A stretch of DNA of 63,910 nucleotides, filler included, from Collodictyon triciliatum (lineage: Eukaryota): NCBI GenBank assembly GCA_043381765.1. It is 5 parts of 5 records of this genome, joined end to end, with 100 filler letters (N's around TTAATTAATTAA, not from the genome) between each part and the next. Parts side by side here need not be neighbours in the genome. Positions count along the whole stretch, not along the records: positions 17,416 to 34,728 come from JBHJMP010001466.1; positions 34,829 to 52,129 come from JBHJMP010001467.1; 3 more parts are not named here. The stretch is one strand, 5' to 3'. Made by a program: the position numbers and the translations under genes. The notes below the pieces were generated by a model. The model was given only the letters and a program-made list of their open reading frames with translations. It was not told where the DNA came from and searched no databases. Positions within the stretch are counted from its first letter, which is position 1. Every line of letters starts with the position of its first letter. This document shows positions 25,901 to 38,000 of the stretch, one piece after another.

Positions 25901-28900
25901 TTGTATATCAAGCATCTAAATGTATACTCCAATTATGCCACTTCTCTAGAGAAAGATGTATGGAAATTAGAAATGTGGAGGAATTCTCCCTTCCTCGCTT
26001 ATCATGCCATGTGGCTGAGAGTTGATAAACAGTTTTCTGTTTTTGCTGGATTTGATGAGATTCAGGAAACAAATCTGGACTACATAGGGAACCACAGTAA
26101 GTCATGAGCAACAAGTAATGGATGTCATATAATCGTGACCTATTTTATTCAGACTAGAACCATTTATTTCGCTGGACAAAAAAATATTGTCTTGAATAAA
26201 AATTTCGTAAATGAATTATGCTTTTTTGCATAACAGCCTCAAAGGTTTGGACTCAAGGAAGTCGGTTGGATTTTAGAGATTGCTCAAGTTGCCCAACAAA
26301 TCAAAGCTTTTCGTGTATAATTCCTCGCCAAAAAGCTGCCTTTGCACAAAATATTGACCGTATATTTATTTATGGGGGCTGTCAACATACGTCTGTCTTT
26401 CGGGACTTGCTCCATGTCAAGCCACGTATGATTTTGTGAGATTACAAGCAACGTATCAAAGAATACAAAGTATGTATTTTTAAATCACTTTTTGTAATTC
26501 TAATTGTGACGTTCGCTCCAATAAACGAATGTCCAGCAATGGATTCATTTGTAGATATAATTGAGTTTGGAGATACGGTTGACGGTTCGAATATTCTTCC
26601 TCCTCCTTCTTTCGGTTCAAGCGCAGCAATAAGCAACGGAATTCTTCACGTTTTTGGAGGTTACGGAAGCTCTTTGGGTTGGCCTATGAATTTCATGTGG
26701 TCTTATGACACAAGTAATCCAAAATATATCATCATATATCAAGCTGCACAAAATAGCTCAAGTGCAAGAGCGCGATTCAAAATAAAAAAAAAATATTTTT
26801 CTTATCTCCTCATAGATCTGGGTTCTTATATCGGGTCAAGCCAAGACTCCACTCCGCTGCCTAGAAGAGATTTTGCATCCACGAAAGTCTTAGAATTTGG
26901 CTTTTCGATTTTTGGGGGCATGGTTTCATCCTTTAAAGACTTTATTTCAAACGATGCTTGGATTTTCAATAGAAGTGAGTAATTACGGTATTATTTTGAA
27001 AAAAACCAATTAATCAAAATCAGGAGAGCATAAACGATGTAATTTTTTTTCCTTTTTACTTTGGTTTCTTGGTATCTTGGTATCTTGGTATCTTGGTATC
27101 TTATTCACCCAGAGAAAAAAATTTCAAAAAAAAAAAAAAAAGAACTTTCCAAATGGGTTCAACTTTCAGAGCATCGAGTTAACCCAAGTCATCCATCTCC
27201 GCGACTTGGTTGCGGCATGACATCATACAAAGATCAGCTGTTCATTTTTGGGGGAGGGAGCTTACTCGAGGAGGGAAATATCATGTGGAAAATGAACATA
27301 TCCTCAGTCCTATCCAGTCCTTACTTTGAAGGTTCTAATCATTCAGTGTGATTTTTCAACCATATAATTAGCATAATAACTCTTTCGGTTGGCTAGGCAC
27401 ATTGACTTGGAAAAAAGTTTTTGTATCGCGAGCGACGGAGTCAAGCTACAGTATTTTGTTACGTTCAGATTTTTCTTACGTCAGACTCGGTTCATGTGTA
27501 TGGATGTGGGCTGGTGATGTAAGTTTGCATTTAAAACTTCACTGAAACTAAACAGAAAGTGTTTCCGTACAAAAAATGAAGATTTTTTTATTCTAAAAAT
27601 CGTCGAATTGTGAGAGTCTGTAATTCTTTTTTAATTGAATGGACACACAGCTGAACCTTGAAATAGAACAAGCTGAGGATTACCGAGCAACATACGAACT
27701 GTGTCTTGATAATATGATTATCAATAAATATGTCTCTGTTTACGAGAATCCAGTAAGTATTCTGTTTTCTTTGAGATTTTGTACAAGACCGTACTTATCT
27801 TATTAGAGGGTTGGCACAGTTTTATTTTTTTATAAAACAAAAAATTCCCAGGTACCACGAAAGTATCACAGAGCCGTGCAAGTAGAATCTTCTTTTTGTA
27901 TCTTTGGAGGTGAAGATTTCCGAAAAAGACCTCTGAATGATGTTTGGTGTTTCAATTCAAGTTAGTGTTTATTATATTTTACCCCTTTTTTCATATTATA
28001 TAATTCAGATGATTTATACTCTGATCATAAATATATATTTAATTGTAGAATTAAAGTCAACCTATCTGCCTCCACTTATTCTTGAGTTGTCATTTTGAAT
28101 AGAATCGCTTAACTGGACAAAGGTGGACCATTCGAATTCTCCTGGCCCATACTTGAGTAAATATGCGGTAACTTCTTATGGAAACAATTTTATGATTCAT
28201 GGTGGTATTGATGAGAAAGGGAAATATAGCAGAGATGCGTGGATATTTCGTCAAAGTATGCTTCATCTCTTTCGAATTGATTTCATGTAATTGTTTAAAA
28301 CTTTAGTGTATAAATAAGCAAGGTTGATTCCATTGTTTATTCTGACAAATCCGACAAAATGTGTTGAAGGGGGAAGTTCGTGGGTGAAACTAGAGATGAA
28401 GATGCAAGAAAATCATTTCCAGTATGTATATGGCCACTCTGCAGTAGCATTTGATGAACAAGTCTTGATATTTGGAGGAATGACGAATAATTTTCCAAGC
28501 AATTATTTGACCTCTTACAAACCTGGTGGGAGAGTGAATAAATATGTGAAAATACCATAAAATTATTTCTCTAGAAAATATAGATGATTGATTTCCCATT
28601 CACTATGGGTCTTATAATTTATTCGGGTTTTCAGTCCCCATAAAGTCATTCTTATCTTTTGAATGTTTTGCTACAAAAAATTGAACTAGGTATATGTGGT
28701 GAAAGCACAGTGAACATCGTACAGAGTTCAAGAACGATGCAGCTACATGAAATAAGGAGCATGCACGGACTTTTCCCCAAAGGAGAAAAATGCATTTGGC
28801 ATTTTATAGGTGTATCTCACATGTTCTTGAATATTTCCATAAACTCCCAGGAAAGGTATACGTCCATCTTATAAAAAATAAATCAGCATACTCTATCATG

Positions 28901-31900
28901 ATAGAAGAATCCCTGATAAACGCAACCTATTCTGCACATAGAATTAAAAATCCCTTCTTTGTGCAGAATACATGCGTATGAGATACTTTTCAACAAAACA
29001 AATACGCTACTGTATACTTCCAACGAGTCTCAGATGAATGTATCAGTAATATCCACACAACGCTCGATCTATTTTGAGTATACATCTCTGAGTGACAACA
29101 GAAACCCTACGATGCACCAAAATGGCATCCTCATAAGCTACATAGGTGACTAACTTTCGTTACTACGCACAGGCTCTCGATCTCTCTAATATATCAGAGA
29201 AAAATAGTAGAATGTCCTTTTAGAAGAAAAGACTAAATACTGCTGTCGGTTATATTTTAAGGGTGTGGAGAAAATTCGTACCTGGACAAACAAAGAGTGT
29301 GTCAATGTCCTTCAGGATACTATGATGATATGCTGCTCAATAAATGTCTACGGTGCTCATCCCAATCTCGCCATGTAAGAATTATAATTTGTTTTTCATA
29401 ATTTGTTTTTTCCTGCAATTTCGATTATCTATCCACATAATTTAGAATCTCACTAAATACTCGTCGCTGTATTTCTCTTTGTATCATCACATACATAAGC
29501 CTGGCTGCAAATCATCCGACCGTATGAGATTTATTTCTTTGATAAGAAGCATAAATGTGCATCTTTACGTATATCCAACCTTAAAGTATTAGCGTGTAAT
29601 TTTATGATATTTGTTATATTTTCACCTACTTTAGAGAAGAAAGAAATGACTTTGAGCATGGCAATCATGACGGGAGGTCTCCTTGTCGTGTTCCTCCTTT
29701 CTATTGCTTTTATGACGATTCGGAGATATCGAAATCGGATATATGTTCTTCAAGAGCAAGAAAACAAATGGCTTGCAAAGCTAAAGTATAACGAACTTGA
29801 ATTTCAAAACCTAGTGGGTATTGGCGTTTTCGGAGAGGTTGGTGGATTTTTTTTTCTTGTTCTTTTCCTTTTGTTTCGTTAATTTCCTTTTATTTTCATT
29901 GTTGGTTGTTCGAAATGACGAGACCATAGATGATTTTTCTTTAAAAAATAGGTTTACATCGGTCGTTGGCGAGAGACCGTTGTTGCCATAAAAAAAATCC
30001 ATTATCACAGGTTTACAAAGACCTCGATAGATACCTTCCAAAACGAAGTCTCTGCAATTGTGTATGACTTTAAAACTTCAATATGTAGTGGGGACTAATA
30101 ATTGCGGCAATACCATTTTAACCCAAGAGTTGAAAAATGGTGTATTTTTTCCTTGGCTTTTGGTAGAATCTCCTAACCATCTAAAAATATATGACGATGT
30201 GACTTTAGAAAGCTTAGACACCCAAACATTCTACTCTATATGGGCGTTGTAATTGAGCATCCTAACATCTGCATAGTTGGAGAGTATATGGCGCGCGGGA
30301 GTCTTTTCAGAGTATGCTCTATACCTCGGTTTTATTTAATGCTCTTCTTTAAAAAAAATTCACTTTTATAAATAAGTTTCAACTTATCATTCCGAACTGA
30401 ACTCAAGCTAATTAAAAATGACAAGTGTTGACAGTTCTCAAGAGGAAGAATACTTTAACTTATACATTTTCCTCAGGTTATACACAACAACGACATTAAT
30501 CTAGACCATGTCACCAAGATAGGATTTTTAATAGACGCAGCAAAAGGTTGCATTAATACTTTACAATTACCCTTCGTCATCTCAATGATTTCATTCGTGT
30601 GATAGAAAAAAAAAAACATCTCTTCATTTCAAACTTTAAATCAGGTATCCAATTCCTGCACATGTCGAAGCCACCCATTCTGCACAAAAATCTGAAAAGC
30701 TCGAATTTGCTTGTAAGTATATTGATTACATACCATCTTTCCCTGAACATCGTGCTTTAGATTCTTCAGCGTCGTGAAATAGTATTAATAGTATCTTTTT
30801 AGCTCGACGATAAGTGGAACTTAAAAATAAGGTACTAATAAATCATTTATTTCAAAAATCCTCCTAATTTATTTCTTTTTTTTAAAAAAAAGAAGGTTAA
30901 CATGATAAACCTCATTCGAAGCTCCTTCAGTGTTCTGGTAAAATATATACCTCTATAAAAAATTTCCATTCAGCGACTTTGGAATCACTCGGTGCTCTGG
31001 AAGCAGCGGAGCAGAAATCTGTGGGACGTCGCTTTGGGCTGCACCAGAAGTCGTCTCACGGCAAGATTACACCGCGGCTTCTGACACATATAGCTTTTCA
31101 ATCATCATGTGGGAAACTTTTGTTCGAAAAATCCCTTTTGAGGTTATTGGTGATATCATGACGAAGAAATCATGCCTGTGTGACTTACATTGAGTTTTTG
31201 TCTGTTTATTTTTCATCAAAGATGAAAATGCTTTTTTAAATAAATAAATGAAGATTTCCTTGCTTTCTTTTAATAGGGTGAAATAATGGAATCGGTTGTT
31301 CTTCGTGTTGTGGAGGATGAATATCGACCGTCTCTTCCATCCATCGATGAGATGCATGAAGTCCTTCAAAGGCTCATGATACGGTGTTGGGACCAAGATG
31401 CATCGGCCCGACCGAAATTCCGAGACATATTAAAATCGCTGCAAGCTTCACGGCAACTCTACGCTGTTGGAGAAGGCATGTCTTCGCACGAAGAAAGAAA
31501 GAGCCGCGTGGTTGCAGTCGGGCTACCTTTGAAGCGAAAAACTGTTCTGGTCATCACAGGCGTTCGTGGCTCAGCAAGTTTATGGGAACTGTGCCCTATC
31601 GAAGCTGGCGATTCTTTATTCATTCACAATGAAATCGTTCGCACCAAGGTGGCTGAATATGGGGTATTTTTGATAACTATGACAAGGCAGACTTAGTCAT
31701 ATGCATGATTATGTATTCATTTCTTAGACTGTAGGCCACTTAAAAATGGGTAACAAGTGCATTAAATGTATCATAAATATCCAAGGGCAAGATTGTTCGT
31801 GCAGAGGGTGATTCGTTTCTTCTTTCATTCGAGAGTATTACACAGGCTGTCGTATTTTGCTTTTCGGTACAGGAAGCACTCCTTTCTGTTGACTGGCCTC

Positions 31901-32943
31901 TGCCTATTCTGCAACAAACCCCTTGTAAGTTGGAACAGGTTCAAGGTGTTATCATTTTCAAAGGACTAAGAGTTCGAATGGTAATCTTTCTTTCGAAATG
32001 ATTTTTGGCAAATACGATAAATATGATGACAAAAAACCAAATTACATTTTAATGTAAAGAATAGAAGAAAAGCAATAATCCGATACTACTTAATCCGATG
32101 TCATGTGTTCTTTCGTTTGAATATTTTATTTTATTTTTATCAATTCAGGCAATACACGTGGGCGAGCCATTTACCAGGGAGGACCCAATTACCAAGAGAA
32201 TTGATTATTATGGACCTGCCTTGGAAATCACAGCAAACATATTTCAATTCACACAAGGCGGCCAAATTCTAATAAGCGAAGCTGCAAATATAGTTTGATT
32301 TTATAAACCATTCTGTTCCATCATTTTTATTCAAATAAAATTGGAGGTCGGGTGACCGTATATTGTGGGAACATTCGCATATTAAATCTCTTATGACGAT
32401 AAAAAATGGTGGGGGAAAAAATATCAATTCACAATTTCACCATATATATGTATATGCAAATTAGGACATTCAAAAGTGCCGTGAGGTGGATGCGCCGATG
32501 ATTGAGTCCAGAGACATCGGATATGTTACGACTAGAGAACAATCAACATCAGTACATCTGTTTGAGGCATGTCTTTCTGTCTTGCTCGATACATTTGTTG
32601 TGTATTATCCCTTCAGAAACTTATTTCTTGCACATATAGATACTGCCGCCGTCTCTGGCGTTAAGGCGCTTGTGTTATGAATCAAATTTGACGTCGAACT
32701 CCGCTGTGCTTAATTTTTGTACGTCTTGCGAGTCAGCAGCTGATCTTCAGCAACCAGAGGTTAGAAAGATAGCAGGAAGAAGTTTAAAATATAATTGCAA
32801 TATTTGTCATTGTGACGCTATTGAATTTGCAAGTGCAGTATATCAGCACAACTTTTTGTTTTGTTTTGTTTTGTTTTGTTTTGTTTTGTTTTGTTTTGTT
32901 TTGTTTTGTTTTGTTTTGTTTTGTTTTGTTTTGTTTTGTTTTG

Positions 32944-32974
<31 letters not shown>

Positions 32975-34560
32975 CAATTGAATTAATTTCATTCACCTTT
33001 TGCATTAAGATAGTTCAATTTTCTTTTTCATGTAACTTTTACAGGTTTTCCCATGGGAGATTGACTTTGGTTCTCTTTCTCTTACAAAGAGAGAGCTTGG
33101 CTCAGGTACATTCGGTGTTGTTTATTTTGGTGAGTACCAGGCACGGCCCGTTGCGATCAAAAAACTACTGAATCAAAACCCCCATGACAGACAATATTTT
33201 AACTTGCTTGCTGAAGTCAACATCATGAGGTATACTCCCACAAAATAAGATGACAGTCTTGAAATAAGTTATCACTCAGAGCTCGTTTTTTTTTTAAAAA
33301 GAAAAAACAGAAATAGAAGAATACCTTTTCCGCTATGATGTATCGGTGGAATTTAATACGTCTGACAAAATAACCCCCCAGGTCTATAACTCACCCACAC
33401 ATCCTCTCGTTTGTCGGTGCATGTCTCAAACCACCAAACATCAGTCTCGTTATGGAATATGCGCCAAGTGGAAGTCTACGTGATGTCCTCGATGACCGCC
33501 GGGTATAGAAAAAATAGTGACAATGCACATTCATATTTGGATTATATAATAGGGCGTTTAATGAATGAGAATTCAAATGAAGCCATATGCTCGGCATAGA
33601 TTTCACTAAGTGCACAATTAGATTTGGTCATCACTCGCTTCTTCTTTTTTTATCTTCATATTCCAAATAGCAATATATCGACAAAGAATTCCAATGGGGT
33701 GTACTGGAACAAGCTGCTAGTGCCATGCTTTATCTCCACACGCGAATACCAGCCATTTACCACAGAGACTTGAAAAGTGATAACATTCTGGTAATGCTTT
33801 TCAAAAGAAAAAATTGGCGTAGTCCAAAATTAGAGCGATTATATTATTTAAAAAAGAAAAAGCAATGATTTAACAGTTTCTGTCTCTCATTTGTCCCTAT
33901 CAAAGCGATACCACAGCATTCGAATAAGATTATCATCCAAACTTTTTTATGTACTTACTTTTTCAAATACCTGGAACGGAAACAGATATTCCAGCTTTCA
34001 CCTGTAATCGCAAAAATAGCTGATTTCGGCCTTGCTCGAGTCAAAAGTGACACGCAAACAATGACCAAGTGCGGAACAAGGGCTTGGCTTGCGCCGGAGG
34101 TAAATAATTTACAATTGATTTATAATCATCGTCCTTATTATAAATAAATAATAATAAGTAAATAAGTAGAAGGCTGTACAAAAAGAAAGAAAATATAGCA
34201 AAACAGCTATTCCATGCAACTGCAACTGCAACTGCGATATAGGTTCTGAAAGGCCTGTATTACGACGAGAAGGCAGATGTTTACAGCTTTGCCATCGTAA
34301 TGTGGGAGGTCCTGACTCGAGACCATCCTTACGACGGCGTGAATGGCGCAAAGCTGCATATGGACGTGGTTGCCGGTGCCCGTCCGTATCCTGTCCAAGG
34401 TGGCGACATGTTTCTTGTGGAGTTGATGCAGCGGTGTTGGGCGACAGAGCCGTGCAAAAGGCCTCGCTTCTTGGAGATACACGCATTTCTCCATAGCCGC
34501 CCTCCGCCCGACCAAAACGACGGTGAAGTCTCTGTGTGCGTTGTGAATCCCGGCGCATGA
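19996..34560 (+). CDS. Receptor-type protein: kelch repeats, CUB-like and Cys-rich ectodomain, single TM, TKL-like pseudokinase, class III cyclase-like domain, TKL kinase; many introns, internal gap 23068-23646
   Basis: Many IYGG/FGG...DLW kelch blades; CUB-like ITDGSGPSHYMPFSNCTWIV (~24040) and FPKGEKCIWHF (~28770); Cys-rich CVCPMNHY...CRSC and CQCPSGYY; TM ~29658-29720; two kinase domains around an LRVRMAIHVGEP...DYYGP cyclase core; start codon tentative. Confidence 0.85.
32854..32970. repeat. (TTTTG)n intronic microsatellite
   Basis: Tandem pentamer. Confidence 0.95.
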
Positions 34561-34608
34561 AAACAATACCCAACTTGTTGCATCTTGTCGGCTCGTATTA
34601 GTTTTTTC

Positions 34609-34727
<119 letters not shown>

Positions 34728-34728
34728 T

Positions 34729-34828
34729 NNNNNNNNNNNNNNNNNNNNNNNNNNNNNNNNNNNNNNNNNNNNTTAATTAATTAANNNNNNNNNNNNNNNN
34801 NNNNNNNNNNNNNNNNNNNNNNNNNNNN
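34729..34828. other. Artificial contig linker N-TTAATTAATTAA-N
   Basis: Same 100-nt structure as 17316-17415. Confidence 0.95.
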
Positions 34829-34842
34829 AAACAAAACAAAAC

Positions 34843-34894
<52 letters not shown>

Positions 34895-35003
34895 AGAAAA
34901 AAGAAAAAAGAAAAAGCGGGGGCTCACATGCATATACTTTAGGCAATCACAACCAGCAGCAACGTCAGGCAAGGTTAACCTGTAACCAAACAGTGGCCTG
35001 ACG

Positions 35004-38000
35004 ATGGCACACCACACCCAGTCGAACGCATCTGAGCAGGTATCACCATTTTTTTCTTTTCAGTTTCCTTTTTCTTTTTTCTTTTCTTTTTCTATTTTAT
35101 TTCTATCGTGCTGCCTCTTCTGTTTCTATTTTATTTCTACTTTTATTTCTTGTGTATCTTACGCGACTTGAATAAAACGGCATAACGCAGCCGGACTGGA
35201 GCGTATACGCACGCACGGGAACTCCCTGGTCCAGTATCTGCGGCCAGGTGACTTGGCCTCCAGGACTCTCCGAGGCCCTTGTCGGACATGGTCTAAACTC
35301 GCCTGAAGACCTCTACCTTATCGACAACCAAAGCTTGCTCTGGATTCTCTCGTCCCTGGGTATCCAAAATCCTTACTGGTCTATCATCTACGAGCACCAC
35401 CAAAAACTGCTGGCGTGGAAGACACAGGACAACGACTGGCAAGATCTGGCCTCGTGGCTTATCTCCAACCAATTTGATGGACCCAGTACTCTCCTTCAGT
35501 ATCATAGCCATCTTAATTTTGGGCAGTTTTTCTTCAAGGATGGGCACTTTGTTCGTCTCTCACGTTTCACACGCCAGCCCATTACGCTGGAGGCAATCAC
35601 TCGCTGGGCTCCACCGGGATATACACCTTTCAGTCTCCCTCATTTTGAGTATCGTGTTGGATTTCCATGGGAGTCTGGCCAGATGAGCCGTTTAGGTTGG
35701 AATTCGGTCGATATGCTGGCCTCTCTTTCTCCTGAAGCTGCTTTTCAGACGATGCAACAATTCCAAATCCCAAGGCCAGCCATACTCCGAATGTTGGCTG
35801 TCATTCAGTCGTTGAAATACTGGTATAGTCTTGGTCTTCGATACATGTGCCACATTCTTTATTGTCGTGGGTACCAAAGCATATCAGACTTTCAGTACCT
35901 GACTCACACGGTTTTTCAGGGGCTCTTCAATTACACATACCCGCCCAACGAGATAAAAATTTTGGAGAATCTAGTCTACCCGCCCATTCATGTCCCAGCA
36001 GAAAATCACATTTTCATAGTGTTGGCCTATAAGACACCACAAAGTTCCCTGGCCGAAGGGAAACCCAATATCCAAATACTTGTAGGCAACACAGTGTCAA
36101 TTGAACTCCTGCAGGCGACCGAATATCCAGGTATTTTCTTTTTCTGCTGCAACCAAACACAGCCATTTGACTATAGATTTGGTTTACATCTTGGGGAAAC
36201 AACAATTTTCCAAACCGAGGCGTACTTTTCAATGAAAGAATGCACATCTCCACACGCAGTCTTTCATCACGAAATAAACTTTGAAGTGCCAAGTTCCACT
36301 TTCGAGGATTTTACAGAGCCGTTCTCTCTAGAGGATGCCGATTTGTTATTTCAGAGCATTATCGAACCAAATGCGCTGTCTGCTCACTCAGGACCAAGCA
36401 TAGCATTCAAGGTGTTTGTGGAATCAGAAGATGGTCGTAGAGCCCTTGTTGCTGCGTATGATGATTGGAAATCCAGACGACCTATCTTTTTCGTTGCGAA
36501 TCACTTTATTCAGCAATCTACCATGGGTATATTGACCATCTACGGGCAGAATGATGTGCTCGACAGCTCATCTCGATTAATTCAACCTTGTGTGCATCTG
36601 ATGTCTGGGGAGAATAAGGCTATTATGGAACTATCAAACACTGACGAGAATGGGATATATAGGGCAATAATTCCGTCGGTATCAGATTTGCTAATTAGAT
36701 TCTCTATTCCGACAACACCTCCTATTTTTCAGTCTAGGAGGCCCTTTAATATAGACTCAAAGTCTTCTCCTCTGTCATTGTTCTTTTTTCACAATGTTCG
36801 ATTTAACGCCCTCGAAAAGTCTACAGCCTTGGCGGTGATGTCTCAACATAGTTACGCAATGGACACATGTGCCTTTTTTCAGAAGATTGCTTGGCTTCTT
36901 TTCCGTGCTACTTTTCAAAGAGAGTTTCTATTTGAGTCTCCGTTCTTGGACCTTGAATACCCATTCACCACCCAGACTCTATACAGGATATTGAAAACTT
37001 TTATCATCCAAACGAATGCAGATCGCAGGGTTGAATTGAAGTCTGTGTTGTCACTCTGCCAATCAGCGTGCTTCACTTCAAGTGACAATCTATTCCTGGG
37101 AATACTCTTTACGTTTGTTCATGACTTATGCTTCCCCTTTCCTGGAGAATCCGCGAAGAGCTCTGAAAATTATGATGCCATGCAACAATATGAATTCGTG
37201 TCTACCTTGGCATCATGTATTCAGGCCGGTATGAAGGGTCAGCTCTCTGCGGACATGTTGAAGCATGTGGATGTCAAACATCTTTTGGATGTTCTTGGGA
37301 ATAGAATTCTCTTCTTCTTTGTCTCAAGAGCTATTGAATTCGTGCATTTTGTCCATCTTTTCAATGCAATCGTGGCCCTAGTAAGGACAAGTCCCAAGAT
37401 AGAGGCCAGCAGCCAAAAAATCCTTGAAACAATCGGAAAAATGAATGTAGCCCATCTACCACAAATCTTTCTTGGTAGCATATTCGAGTGCTTGGTTTCA
37501 GAAATTACAGAGAGCCCCCTCTCAGCCTTCCTGCTGTTGACTAATCTACTTCACCCCGAGGGTAACGCTTATATTTCTTTTCATCCATGCATGTTTTATC
37601 TGCAACTCCTTGTGAATATGGAGCTTTCATAAAATCTCACAATTATTAATTAGTTTTGTCGCATTCGACCAATAATGAATTTTTTTTCATTTTGGCGTCT
37701 AACTTTCTTTTCCAAAACATACAGACTCATCTATGTTGTATCGTGAGCTTTGTAAGCTTCCTCAGAAAAAGCCCATCATTCAGATTGCCATGGAAAAAGC
37801 TCTTAGAACTCTTTCACCGGGCGACGCATTGGCCATGATAAGAAAGTTTTTGGAAACGACAGAACACGCTCTACTTAACGATCTCTTTGTGTTTTACACT
37901 CCTCTACCCGGCTACATCGATGAGTTTCTCTACATGATACTCAAATTTGCTCATTCAGGGAGACTTCAAGAGAGTGTCGTCAGCAAAGTGGCGAATAAGC

